64,000 bases of DNA from an uncultured Verrucomicrobiae bacterium. GTDB lineage: Bacteria; Verrucomicrobiota; Verrucomicrobiia; Palsa-1439. The notes under the pieces are model-generated. The model saw only the letters and a list, made by a program, of their open reading frames with translations. It searched no databases and had not been told where the DNA came from. Where the stretch lies: positions 401,772-465,771 of the forward strand of contig CAWFPN010000003.1 of the NCBI GenBank assembly GCA_963817685.1, in the 5' to 3' direction. This document shows positions 16,745 to 25,001 of the stretch, one piece after another (positions within the stretch are counted from its first letter, which is position 1; each line of letters begins with the position of its first letter). The translations under genes were made by a program, and so were the position numbers.

Positions 16745-19327
16745 TCACACGCAGACCGGGAACACCTTCTCCGGGTCGACGCCCAGATCTTTGATGGCTT
16801 GGGCAACCACTTCCTTGCCGAGCTGGCCTTTTTCGGCGAGGGCGTAGAGGGTGGCGATGACGGTGCATTCGGCGTCGACTTCGAAGAAGCGGCGCAGGGC
16901 CGGGCGCGTGTCGCTGCGGCCGAAACCGTCGGTGCCGAGGGTGGTCAGGCCGCCGGGTATCCAGGGGGCGATCTGGTCGGAGACGATCTTCATGTTGTCG
17001 GACACGGCGATGAACGGGCCGGGCTGGCCTTCGACGACGGTTTCCAGATAGCTCTTCTTGGGCGGCTCGGTCGGGTGAAGCATGTTCCAGCGTTTACAGG
17101 CCTGGGCTTCGGTGCGGAGTTGTTTGTAATTGGTGGCGCTCCAGACGTCGGCGGACACGTCGTAGCGTTCCGCGAGGATTTCCTGGGCGCGCAAGGCTTC
17201 GCGGATGATTGTGCCGCTGCCGAAAATCTGGGCCTTGTGCTTCTTGGCGTCCGGGCCGGGCTTGAATTTATAGAGACCCTTGAGGATGCCCTGCTCCGCG
17301 CCTTCGGGCATGGGCGGCATGGCATACATCTCGTTGTGCACGGCCAGGTAATAAAAAATGTCTTCGCCTTCCTGGAACATCCGCCGCATGCCGTCCTGGA
17401 CGATCACGGCGATTTCGTACGTGAAGGCGGGTTCGTAGGCCAGCAGGGTCGGCACCACGCTGGTCAGCAACAGGCTGTGACCGTCCTCGTGCTGGAGGCC
17501 TTCGCCGTTGAGCGTCGTCCGGCCGGCGGTCGCGCCGAGCAGGAAACCTTTGGCCTTGATGTCGCCCGCCAGCCACCACAGATCGCCGATGCGCTGGAAA
17601 CCGAACATGGAATAATAAATGTAGAATGGGATCGTGTAGAACCCGTGCGTGGCGTAGGCTGTGGCCGCCGCCAGCCAGGAACACATCGCGCCCGTCTCGG
17701 TGATCCCCTCTTCGAGGATCTGGCCGTCCTTGGTCTCGTGGTAATACGACAAGGTGCTGCGGTCGACCGGTTCGTAGAGTTGCCCTTTGGGCGCGTAAAT
17801 CCCCACTTCCCTGAACAGCGTGTCCATGCCGAACGTCCGCGCCTCATCGGGGATGATCGGCACAACGCGCCGGCCCAGGTCCTTGTTGCGCAAGATCTGG
17901 GTGACAAACCGCACGAACCCCATCGTGGTGGACATTTCCATCTTGCCCGAGCCCTTGAGCATGTCGGAAAACGTCTCGAGCTTGGGAACCTCGATCGGCT
18001 TGGCCTTGACCGTGCGTTTGGGCAGCGAACCGCCGAGTTTCTTGCGGCGTTCCAGCAGATATTTCGTCTCCTCGCTGTCGGGTGGCGGCCGGTAAAAGGG
18101 CGTCTCGGCGATTTCCTCGTCGCTGATCGGGATGCCGAACCGGGCGCGGAACTCGCGGAGTTCCTTTTCGTTCATCTTCTTCTGCTGGTGCGTGATGTTG
18201 CGGCCTTCACCCGCTTCGCCGAGGCCGTAGCCTTTGATTGTCTTGGCCAGAATCACGGTCGGCTGGCCCTTGTGTTCCACGGCCGCTTTGTAGGCCGCGT
18301 ACACTTTTTGCGGATCGTGGCCGCCGCGTTTGAGCGCGTGGATCTGGTCGTCACTGAGCGAGTTGACCATCTCGAGCAACTCGGGATATTTGCCGAAGAA
18401 ATTCTTGCGGGTGTAACTGCCGGGCTCGACGGAATATTTCTGGTACTCGCCGTCCACCGCTTCGGTCATCCGCTTGACCAGCAGTCCCTGATCGTCATTG
18501 GCCAGCAACGGGTCCCAGTCCGAGCCCCAAATCACCTTGATCGCGTTCCAGCCCGCGCCGAGGAAGGCGGCTTCCAATTCCTGGATGATCTTGCCGTTGC
18601 CGCGCACCGGGCCGTCGAGCCGTTGCAGGTTGCAGTTGACGACCCAGATGAGATTGTCCAATTGCTCGCGCGAGGCCAGCGTCAACGCCCCGAGCGTTTC
18701 CGGTTCGTCGATTTCGCCGTCGCCGACGAAACACCAGAGCTTCGATTCCTCGCCGGTGAGAAACCCGCGCGCGCGCAGGTAACGGTTGAACCGCGCCTGG
18801 TAGATCGACATCACCGGGCCCAGTCCCATCGAGACGGTGGGGAATTGCCAGAAGTTCGGCATCAAATACGGATGCGGATAGGACGACAGCCCGCCGCCTT
18901 CGGCCAGTTCCTGGCGGAAATGCTGGAGATGCTGGTTCTCGAACCGGCCTTCGAGATACGCGCGGGCGTAGATGCCCGGCGAAGCGTGTCCCTGGAAATA
19001 AACGATATCGGCCGGCCGCTCGCCGTCGCCGCCCCGGAAGAAATGGTTGAACCCGACTTCGTAGAGCGTGGCGGCGGAGGCGTAGGTGGAGATGTGGCCG
19101 CCCAGGCCGTTGTGGAGGCGGTTGGCATTGACCACCATGGCCATGGCGTTCCAGCGGATGAGGCTCTTGATCCGCCGTTCCAGCTCGCGGTTGCCGGGGT
19201 ATTCCGGCTCCTCGTCGGCGGGGATGGTATTGACGTAGGGCGTGTTCAGCGGGTTGGCCGGCTGCGCGCCCAGCGGCTGTTTATGTTTCAACTGTTCCTT
19301 TAGATTCAGATTCACATTGACCCTCAA
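16745..19327 (-). CDS. aceE: Pyruvate dehydrogenase E1 component, homodimeric type.
   Basis: 860 aa. ...YVNTIPADEEPEYPGNRELERRIKSLIRWNAMAMV... aligns with E. coli AceE ([31 protein letters not shown]). Confidence 0.9.
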   Translation of the reverse strand: MRVNVNLNLKEQLKHKQPLGAQPANPLNTPYVNTIPADEEPEYPGNRELERRIKSLIRWNAMAMVVNANRLHNGLGGHISTYASAATLYEVGFNHFFRGGDGERPADIVYFQGHASPGIYARAYLEGRFENQHLQHFRQELAEGGGLSSYPHPYLMPNFWQFPTVSMGLGPVMSIYQARFNRYLRARGFLTGEESKLWCFVGDGEIDEPETLGALTLASREQLDNLIWVVNCNLQRLDGPVRGNGKIIQELEAAFLGAGWNAIKVIWGSDWDPLLANDDQGLLVKRMTEAVDGEYQKYSVEPGSYTRKNFFGKYPELLEMVNSLSDDQIHALKRGGHDPQKVYAAYKAAVEHKGQPTVILAKTIKGYGLGEAGEGRNITHQQKKMNEKELREFRARFGIPISDEEIAETPFYRPPPDSEETKYLLERRKKLGGSLPKRTVKAKPIEVPKLETFSDMLKGSGKMEMSTTMGFVRFVTQILRNKDLGRRVVPIIPDEARTFGMDTLFREVGIYAPKGQLYEPVDRSTLSYYHETKDGQILEEGITETGAMCSWLAAATAYATHGFYTIPFYIYYSMFGFQRIGDLWWLAGDIKAKGFLLGATAGRTTLNGEGLQHEDGHSLLLTSVVPTLLAYEPAFTYEIAVIVQDGMRRMFQEGEDIFYYLAVHNEMYAMPPMPEGAEQGILKGLYKFKPGPDAKKHKAQIFGSGTIIREALRAQEILAERYDVSADVWSATNYKQLRTEAQACKRWNMLHPTEPPKKSYLETVVEGQPGPFIAVSDNMKIVSDQIAPWIPGGLTTLGTDGFGRSDTRPALRRFFEVDAECTVIATLYALAEKGQLGKEVVAQAIKDLGVDPEKVFPVCV

Positions 19328-19378
19328 ATTGACGGCTCGCCACTGCCCGGTATCTTACGCTAAAATCCTCCAACAGTC

Positions 19379-20098
19379 ATGAACTTCTTGGACCTGACCC
19401 TGCCGACGCCGCAGGAGAACCTCGCCTGTGACGAAGCGCTGCTCGATGGATGCGAGCAGGGCCGCCACGGTGAAATTCTCCGGTTTTGGGAGTCGGCCAC
19501 GCCTTTTGTCGTGCTGGGATATTCTAACAAAACCCGGACGGAAGTGAACCTCGATTCCGCGCGGCGCGCCGGGGTGCTCGTGTTGCGGCGTTGCACCGGC
19601 GGCGGCGCGGTCTTGCAGGGCGCGGGCAGCCTGAATTATTCGTTGATCCTGAAGATCCCCGAAACCGGCCCGCTGAGCGGCATCACTTCGACGAACGCGG
19701 AGATCATGGACCGCCACAAGGACGCGCTCGCGCCAATCGCGGGCGGCCCGATTGTGGTGCAGGGCCACAGCGACCTGGCGCGGGGTGAATTGAAGTTCTC
19801 CGGCAACGCCCAGCGGCGGCGGCGGCGTTGCCTGTTGTTTCACGGCACGATCCTGCTTGGCTCGGACATTGAATTGATGGAACGCCTGCTGCCGATGCCG
19901 TCGCGCCAGCCCGATTACCGTCACAACCGTCCGCACCGCGATTTTCTAACGAACCTTGACGTCCCCGCGCGCGCGATCAAGCAAGCGCTGCAAGCGGCGT
20001 GGGGAGCGACCGAACCCTGCGGCGACGTCCCCGTCAAAGAAATCGCCTCGCTGGCCCGGTCGTCATACTCCCGCGACGAGTGGAACTTCAAGTTCTAA
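19379..20098 (+). CDS. Lipoate-protein ligase / octanoyltransferase family protein (BPL/LPL catalytic domain).
   Basis: MNFLDLTLPTPQENLACDEALL...RRCTGGGAVLQ...KFSGNAQRR. Typical LplA/LipB-family motifs. Divergent from aceE. Confidence 0.7.
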   Translation: MNFLDLTLPTPQENLACDEALLDGCEQGRHGEILRFWESATPFVVLGYSNKTRTEVNLDSARRAGVLVLRRCTGGGAVLQGAGSLNYSLILKIPETGPLSGITSTNAEIMDRHKDALAPIAGGPIVVQGHSDLARGELKFSGNAQRRRRRCLLFHGTILLGSDIELMERLLPMPSRQPDYRHNRPHRDFLTNLDVPARAIKQALQAAWGATEPCGDVPVKEIASLARSSYSRDEWNFKF

Positions 20099-20146
20099 CC
20101 TGCGCCCCTCAACCCTAGTAATTTCATTGCTTCCAGGGCGGTTCTC

Positions 20147-20157
20147 TGGTACAATAT
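20147..20157 (+). promoter_or_regulatory. Putative extended -10 promoter element (TGGTACAATAT) of beta-propeller paralog 1.
   Basis: TGnTAcAAT-like extended -10 element. The same element and a conserved ~65-nt leader ending ...GGGAGATCAATGG occur upstream of all three paralogs (also at 22264-22274 and 24935-24945). Confidence 0.4.
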
Positions 20158-20213
20158 GCAAATTCGTCGCGAAGCGAAATACACGCGGGTTGGGTGGCGG
20201 CGAAGGGAGATCA

Positions 20214-22238
20214 ATGGGCTTGGCTGGCTGCCGGTATAGTGGAGAAACAGTGCGCACTGTGTCGCGACGATTCGTCACGGCGGCGGCCATCATTTTACCC
20301 CTGATTCTCCTGCTGCTGTTGCCGTCGCGCGTCGCGGCGGTGAATGTATTGACGCAGCACAACAACAATTGCCGCACCGGCGCCAACCTCAACGAGTACG
20401 TCCTGACCACTTCCAACGTGAACACCGGCCAGTTCGGCAAGCTGTTCACACGGGCCGTGGACGGCGCGATCTATGCCCAGCCGTTGTACGTCCACAACCT
20501 GACGATTTCCAACAAGACGCGCAACGTCATCTACGCCTGCACCGAGCACGACAGCGTCTACGCCTTCGATGCGGACGATCCCGCCGCCTCCAACGCGCTC
20601 TGGCAGGTAAGCCTCGGCCCATCGGTTCCCATCTCCAACCTGAACGGCTGCGGCGATCTTCCGCCCGAGGTCGGCATCACCGGCACGCCCGTAATCGATC
20701 CGGCAAGCAACACTCTGTACGTTGAAGCCAAGACCCTGGAATCCGGCAACTTCCTCCACCGGTTGCACGCGCTGGACCTGATCACGGGCCAGGAAAAATT
20801 CGGCGCGCCGGTCGTGATCCAGGGCACGGTATCCGGCACAGGCGACGGCAGCAACACCGTCACGTTCAGCGGCCAGCATCAATTCAACCGCCCGGGCCTG
20901 TTGTTGCTGAGCAACGTCGTCTACATCGCCTTCGGGTCACACTGCGACTGGGCGCCGTATCACGGCTGGCTGTTTGGCTACAACGCCGGCAACGTCCAGC
21001 AGCAGGCCGGTGTTTTCTGCACGACTCCCAATGGCGGAGAAGCCGGGATCTGGTCGTCCGGCATGGGACCGGCGGCCGACAGCAACGGCAACATCTACGT
21101 CATGACCGGCAACGGCACGTTCGACGCGCCCAATGGGAGCGATTATGGGAATTCGTTCATCAAGCTCAGCGCATCCAACGGGACGCTGGCTGTGGCCGAT
21201 TGGTTCGCGCCTCACGACGAGCAGTCGCTGAGCGATGCGGACCAGGACGTCGGCGGCGGCGGGCCGGTGCTGATGCCGGGCACGAATCTCCTTGTGGGTG
21301 TTGACAAGATCGGCAGGATGTACGTGATCAACCGAAGCCATTTTGGCGGCATCGTCCCGACCACCGACACCAACATCGTGCAGGAGTTTCAGGCCGTGGC
21401 CGGCGGCCCTGGTGTCGGACAAAGCCCCGTCTTCTGGAGCGGACCGACGAACCAGCTTGTGTTCACCTGGACCACCAGCGACGTGCTCAAGGCGTACCAG
21501 TTCAATGGATCCACCTTCCAAACCACGCCGGCGGCCCAGGGCACTGTCTACCAGGGCCGCGCCGGCGGGACCTCCCTGTCGGCCAACAGAAACGCCGCCG
21601 GCAGCGCCATTGTTTGGGGCATTGAGGGCCAGAACAACGGCGGGGAACTGCATGCTTACAGCGCCATCAATATTTCCAACGAACTCTGGAACAGCCAGCA
21701 AAACGCCGCCCGCGATTCCCTCGGCAACTACGCCAAATTCTGCGCGCCCACCATCGTCAACGGGAAAGTCTACGCGCCCACGACCGCCAGCCAGTTGGCC
21801 GTCTACGGTCTGCTCGGTACGCCCTATCACCTCTGGCAGCAGCAAAACTTCTCGAGCGCCCAATTGACCAATGCCGCCGTCAGCGGTGACACCGCCAGCC
21901 CAGCCGGCGACGGTATCCCCAACCTTATGAAATACGCCTTCAACCTCAAACCGTTTGTCCCCGGCGCCGCCGGCCTGCCTGTGGCCGGCCTGCAAACGGT
22001 CGGCGGCACCAATTATCTGTCGATCACCTTCAACCGAGTCCTGTTTGCCACGGACGTTTCCTACACCGTGCAGGTTTCCGGCGACTTGATTACCTGGAAC
22101 TCAGGGCCGGTTTACACAGCCCCCGCCGGCACGCCCATTGACAACGGCGACGGCACCGAGACGGTCACCGTCCAGGACATTGTCCCCGTCACCGCCGCCG
22201 GCGCCAGATTTATCCGGGTCCAAATCAACGGCCCCTAA
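20214..22238 (+). CDS. Tat-signal secreted beta-propeller protein (PQQ-like repeat family), paralog 1, with a ~130-aa C-terminal domain.
   Basis: RBS GAAGGGAGA. Twin-arginine-like signal MGLAGCRYSGETVRTVSRRFVTAAAIILPLILLLLLPSRVAA. Propeller blades carry A.DA..G..LW-like motifs (VYAFDADDPAASNALWQV; HALDLITGQEKFG; ELHAYSAINISNELWNS). Confidence 0.65.
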   Translation: MGLAGCRYSGETVRTVSRRFVTAAAIILPLILLLLLPSRVAAVNVLTQHNNNCRTGANLNEYVLTTSNVNTGQFGKLFTRAVDGAIYAQPLYVHNLTISNKTRNVIYACTEHDSVYAFDADDPAASNALWQVSLGPSVPISNLNGCGDLPPEVGITGTPVIDPASNTLYVEAKTLESGNFLHRLHALDLITGQEKFGAPVVIQGTVSGTGDGSNTVTFSGQHQFNRPGLLLLSNVVYIAFGSHCDWAPYHGWLFGYNAGNVQQQAGVFCTTPNGGEAGIWSSGMGPAADSNGNIYVMTGNGTFDAPNGSDYGNSFIKLSASNGTLAVADWFAPHDEQSLSDADQDVGGGGPVLMPGTNLLVGVDKIGRMYVINRSHFGGIVPTTDTNIVQEFQAVAGGPGVGQSPVFWSGPTNQLVFTWTTSDVLKAYQFNGSTFQTTPAAQGTVYQGRAGGTSLSANRNAAGSAIVWGIEGQNNGGELHAYSAINISNELWNSQQNAARDSLGNYAKFCAPTIVNGKVYAPTTASQLAVYGLLGTPYHLWQQQNFSSAQLTNAAVSGDTASPAGDGIPNLMKYAFNLKPFVPGAAGLPVAGLQTVGGTNYLSITFNRVLFATDVSYTVQVSGDLITWNSGPVYTAPAGTPIDNGDGTETVTVQDIVPVTAAGARFIRVQINGP

Positions 22239-22263
22239 ACAGATTGTGGAAACAGTGTTTTTG

Positions 22264-22274
22264 TGGTACAAGAT
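22264..22274 (+). promoter_or_regulatory. Putative extended -10 promoter element of paralog 2 (TGGTACAAGAT).
   Basis: Conserved position relative to the start codon across all three paralogs. Confidence 0.35.
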
Positions 22275-22329
22275 ATGCGCTTCGCCATGAGGCGAATTCA
22301 GCCCTGACGGGTCAGGGTGAGGGAGATCA

Positions 22330-24891
22330 ATGGCCATGACCGGCTGCCATTACACGCGGCAAATAGTGCGTCATCTGTCACGGCGATTCATCGCCTTGGC
22401 GGTCGCGGCTTTTCCGCTGACTGTCCTTCTGTTGTCGCCATCGGGCGCCGCGGCGGTCGATGTGTGGACGCAGCACAACGACAATTTTCGCACGGGCGCC
22501 AATCTCAACGAGTTCACGCTGACCACCTCCAATGTGAACACGGGCCAATTCGGCAAACTGTTCGCGCGCGCGGTGGACGGCCAGATCTATGCCCAACCGC
22601 TGTACGTCCACAGCCTGACGATTTCCAACAGGACGCGCAACGTCATCTACGTCTGCACCGAGCACAACAGCGTGTTCGCCTTCGATGCCGACGATCCCGC
22701 CGCCTCCAACGCTCTCTGGCAGGTGAACGTCGGCCCGTCGGTTTCCTACACCGACGTGGACAGTTGCACGGACCTTGCTCCCGAGATCGGCATCACCTCC
22801 ACGCCGGTCATCGATCTTGTCAACAACACCATCTTCGTCAGCGCCAAGACCAAGGAATCAGGCAACTTCTTCTACCGGCTCCACGCGCTGGACCTGCTTA
22901 GCGGCCAGGAGAAATACGGCGGGCCCGTGCTGATCCAAGCCAGCGCGCCCGGCTCGGGCGACGGCAGCGTCGGCGGGACCAACACCTTCAATGCCTTGCA
23001 CCAGTTGAATCGCCCCGGGTTGCTGTTGTTGAGCAACGTGGTCTACCTGGCCTTCGGCTCGCACTGCGACTGGACGCCGTATCACGGCTGGCTGCTGGGC
23101 TATAACGCGACCAACCTGCAGCAGGTCAGCACGCTGAACACGACTCCCAATGGCAACGACGGCGCGATCTGGTCATGCGGCATGGGACCGGCGGTCGACC
23201 CCGCGGGCAACATTTACGTCATGACCGGCAACGGCACGTTCGATGCGACCAACGGCGTCGATTTCGGGCAATCGTTCCTCAAACTCAGCACGTCGAACGG
23301 GCCGCCGGTCATCGTCGATTCGTTCACGCCCCACGACGCGGCGACGCTGAACCTGACCGACCTGGACATTGGCACGGGCGGGCCGGTGCTGATGCCGGGC
23401 ACAAACATTCTGGTGGGCCTGGCCAAGACCGGCGCGATGTACGTGCTCAACGAGAACCATCTGGGCAACTTCGTCACCTCCTCCGACACCAACACCGTGC
23501 AGGTGTTCCAGCCCGTGCCGCCCGCGGATTGCATCGGACAGTGTCCCGTTTACTGGAACGGGCCGACCAACCAGTTCCTGTTCCTCTGGACCGGCGGCGA
23601 CGTGCTGCGGGCCCTCAAGTTCAACGGAGCCACCTTCCAAACCACGCCGCTGGCCACCAATACCGTGGCGCAGAACGACCCCGGCGGCGGGCTTTCTCTG
23701 TCGGCCAACGGCAATGCGACCGGGACCGCCGTTCTCTGGGGCACCTGGGGCACGCCCGGCGCCGCCGATGGCGCGTTGTACGCCTATGATGCCGGCAACG
23801 TCGCGCATGAACTCTGGGACAGCAGCCTGATCGGGCGCGATGCGCTGGGCAGTCTGGCGAAGTTTTGCGCGCCGACAATCGCCAACGGCAAAGTCTATGT
23901 CGCCACCGCCTCGGGCAATCTCGTCGTGTACGGTCTGTTGCCATCGCCGCCGCAATTCCAGGTCACCGGGATCTCCCTGTCCAACAATGACGTGATGCTG
24001 GCCTGGACCGCGTTTGGCGCGACAACCAATTACGTCCAGGCCACCGCCGGCGACGGCGGCGGTTACTCCACCAATTTCACCACCATCAGCCCGCCCATCG
24101 GCATCCCCGGCACCGGCCCGACCGCCACCAATTACATCGACGCGGGCGGGGCAACCAATCAGCCCGCCCGCTACTATCGCGTGTCGATGGTCGGCCCGCT
24201 GGCCATCGACAATGCGGCCGATCCGGCCTACAGCGGAGGCTGGCCCGGCGGCAGCAACGGCGGCCGGGGGTATGGGCCGTGGACGTTGACGGCCTCCAGT
24301 CCGATTCAAGGCGCGGGCAACGGGTTCTTCATCGGGTTCTCAACGAACAACGGCGGTTTCGCCTCGCCGGGCATCGACGTCAACGGCAAATCATGGGGCA
24401 TCTACGCCAACAACAACAATTACACCGCGGCGTACCGGCCGTTTCTCAGCCCGGTGCCGGTGGGCGGCACGTTGCGCGTCGACATGGACAACGGGTACAT
24501 CAGTTCCAACAGCGCGGTCGGTTTTGTGCTGCGCAACGGCAATGCTGCCGCGAGCTACACCAACTACAACACAGGTTCGCGGCTGGAGTTCCTCTACATC
24601 GGCTATGCCCCCACCAACAGTTACCAGGTGGTCGACGCCGCCGCGCGCCATGCGATCGGCGTTCCGTTCACGACCACGGGCCTGCGGCTGTACTTCACGC
24701 TGGGAACCAACGACACCTACACCCTGACGGTCGTGGACAACGCCACCAGCGCGACCGATGTGGTCTTGCATGGCACGCTGGCGGGGGCGACCAATAGCAC
24801 GCTCGACAGCATCGCTGTCTACAACCGCAATGCCGGCGACGGTCCCCCGTTTGACGCGTTCTTCAATTCCCTCCAAATCAACGGCCCGTAA
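22330..24891 (+). CDS. Tat-signal secreted beta-propeller protein, paralog 2, with a distinct ~300-aa C-terminal extension including an FN3-like module.
   Basis: MAMTGCHYTRQIVRHLSRRFIALAVAAFPLTVLLL... The propeller region is about 75% identical to paralogs 1 and 3. C-terminal ...GATNQPARYYRVSMVGP... and the gene ends ...SLQINGP. Confidence 0.65.
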   Translation: MAMTGCHYTRQIVRHLSRRFIALAVAAFPLTVLLLSPSGAAAVDVWTQHNDNFRTGANLNEFTLTTSNVNTGQFGKLFARAVDGQIYAQPLYVHSLTISNRTRNVIYVCTEHNSVFAFDADDPAASNALWQVNVGPSVSYTDVDSCTDLAPEIGITSTPVIDLVNNTIFVSAKTKESGNFFYRLHALDLLSGQEKYGGPVLIQASAPGSGDGSVGGTNTFNALHQLNRPGLLLLSNVVYLAFGSHCDWTPYHGWLLGYNATNLQQVSTLNTTPNGNDGAIWSCGMGPAVDPAGNIYVMTGNGTFDATNGVDFGQSFLKLSTSNGPPVIVDSFTPHDAATLNLTDLDIGTGGPVLMPGTNILVGLAKTGAMYVLNENHLGNFVTSSDTNTVQVFQPVPPADCIGQCPVYWNGPTNQFLFLWTGGDVLRALKFNGATFQTTPLATNTVAQNDPGGGLSLSANGNATGTAVLWGTWGTPGAADGALYAYDAGNVAHELWDSSLIGRDALGSLAKFCAPTIANGKVYVATASGNLVVYGLLPSPPQFQVTGISLSNNDVMLAWTAFGATTNYVQATAGDGGGYSTNFTTISPPIGIPGTGPTATNYIDAGGATNQPARYYRVSMVGPLAIDNAADPAYSGGWPGGSNGGRGYGPWTLTASSPIQGAGNGFFIGFSTNNGGFASPGIDVNGKSWGIYANNNNYTAAYRPFLSPVPVGGTLRVDMDNGYISSNSAVGFVLRNGNAAASYTNYNTGSRLEFLYIGYAPTNSYQVVDAAARHAIGVPFTTTGLRLYFTLGTNDTYTLTVVDNATSATDVVLHGTLAGATNSTLDSIAVYNRNAGDGPPFDAFFNSLQINGP

Positions 24892-24934
24892 GGCAAACGC
24901 GCGAGGTCGCGTGGTTGTGGCCGCGTGGTTTCTG

Positions 24935-24945
24935 TGGTACAAATG
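24935..24945 (+). promoter_or_regulatory. Putative extended -10 promoter element of paralog 3 (TGGTACAAATG).
   Basis: Conserved leader as for paralogs 1 and 2. Confidence 0.35.
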
Positions 24946-25001
24946 ATTCACCTCGCCGCCAGGCGAATACACGCCCGTGGGTCTCGGAGCAGGGAAGATC
25001 A

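Noticed and set aside
16709-19303. 864-aa plus-strand ORF
   Set aside because: Antisense to aceE. Gly/Arg/Ala-rich low-complexity translation typical of high-GC antisense frames, with no recognisable motifs.
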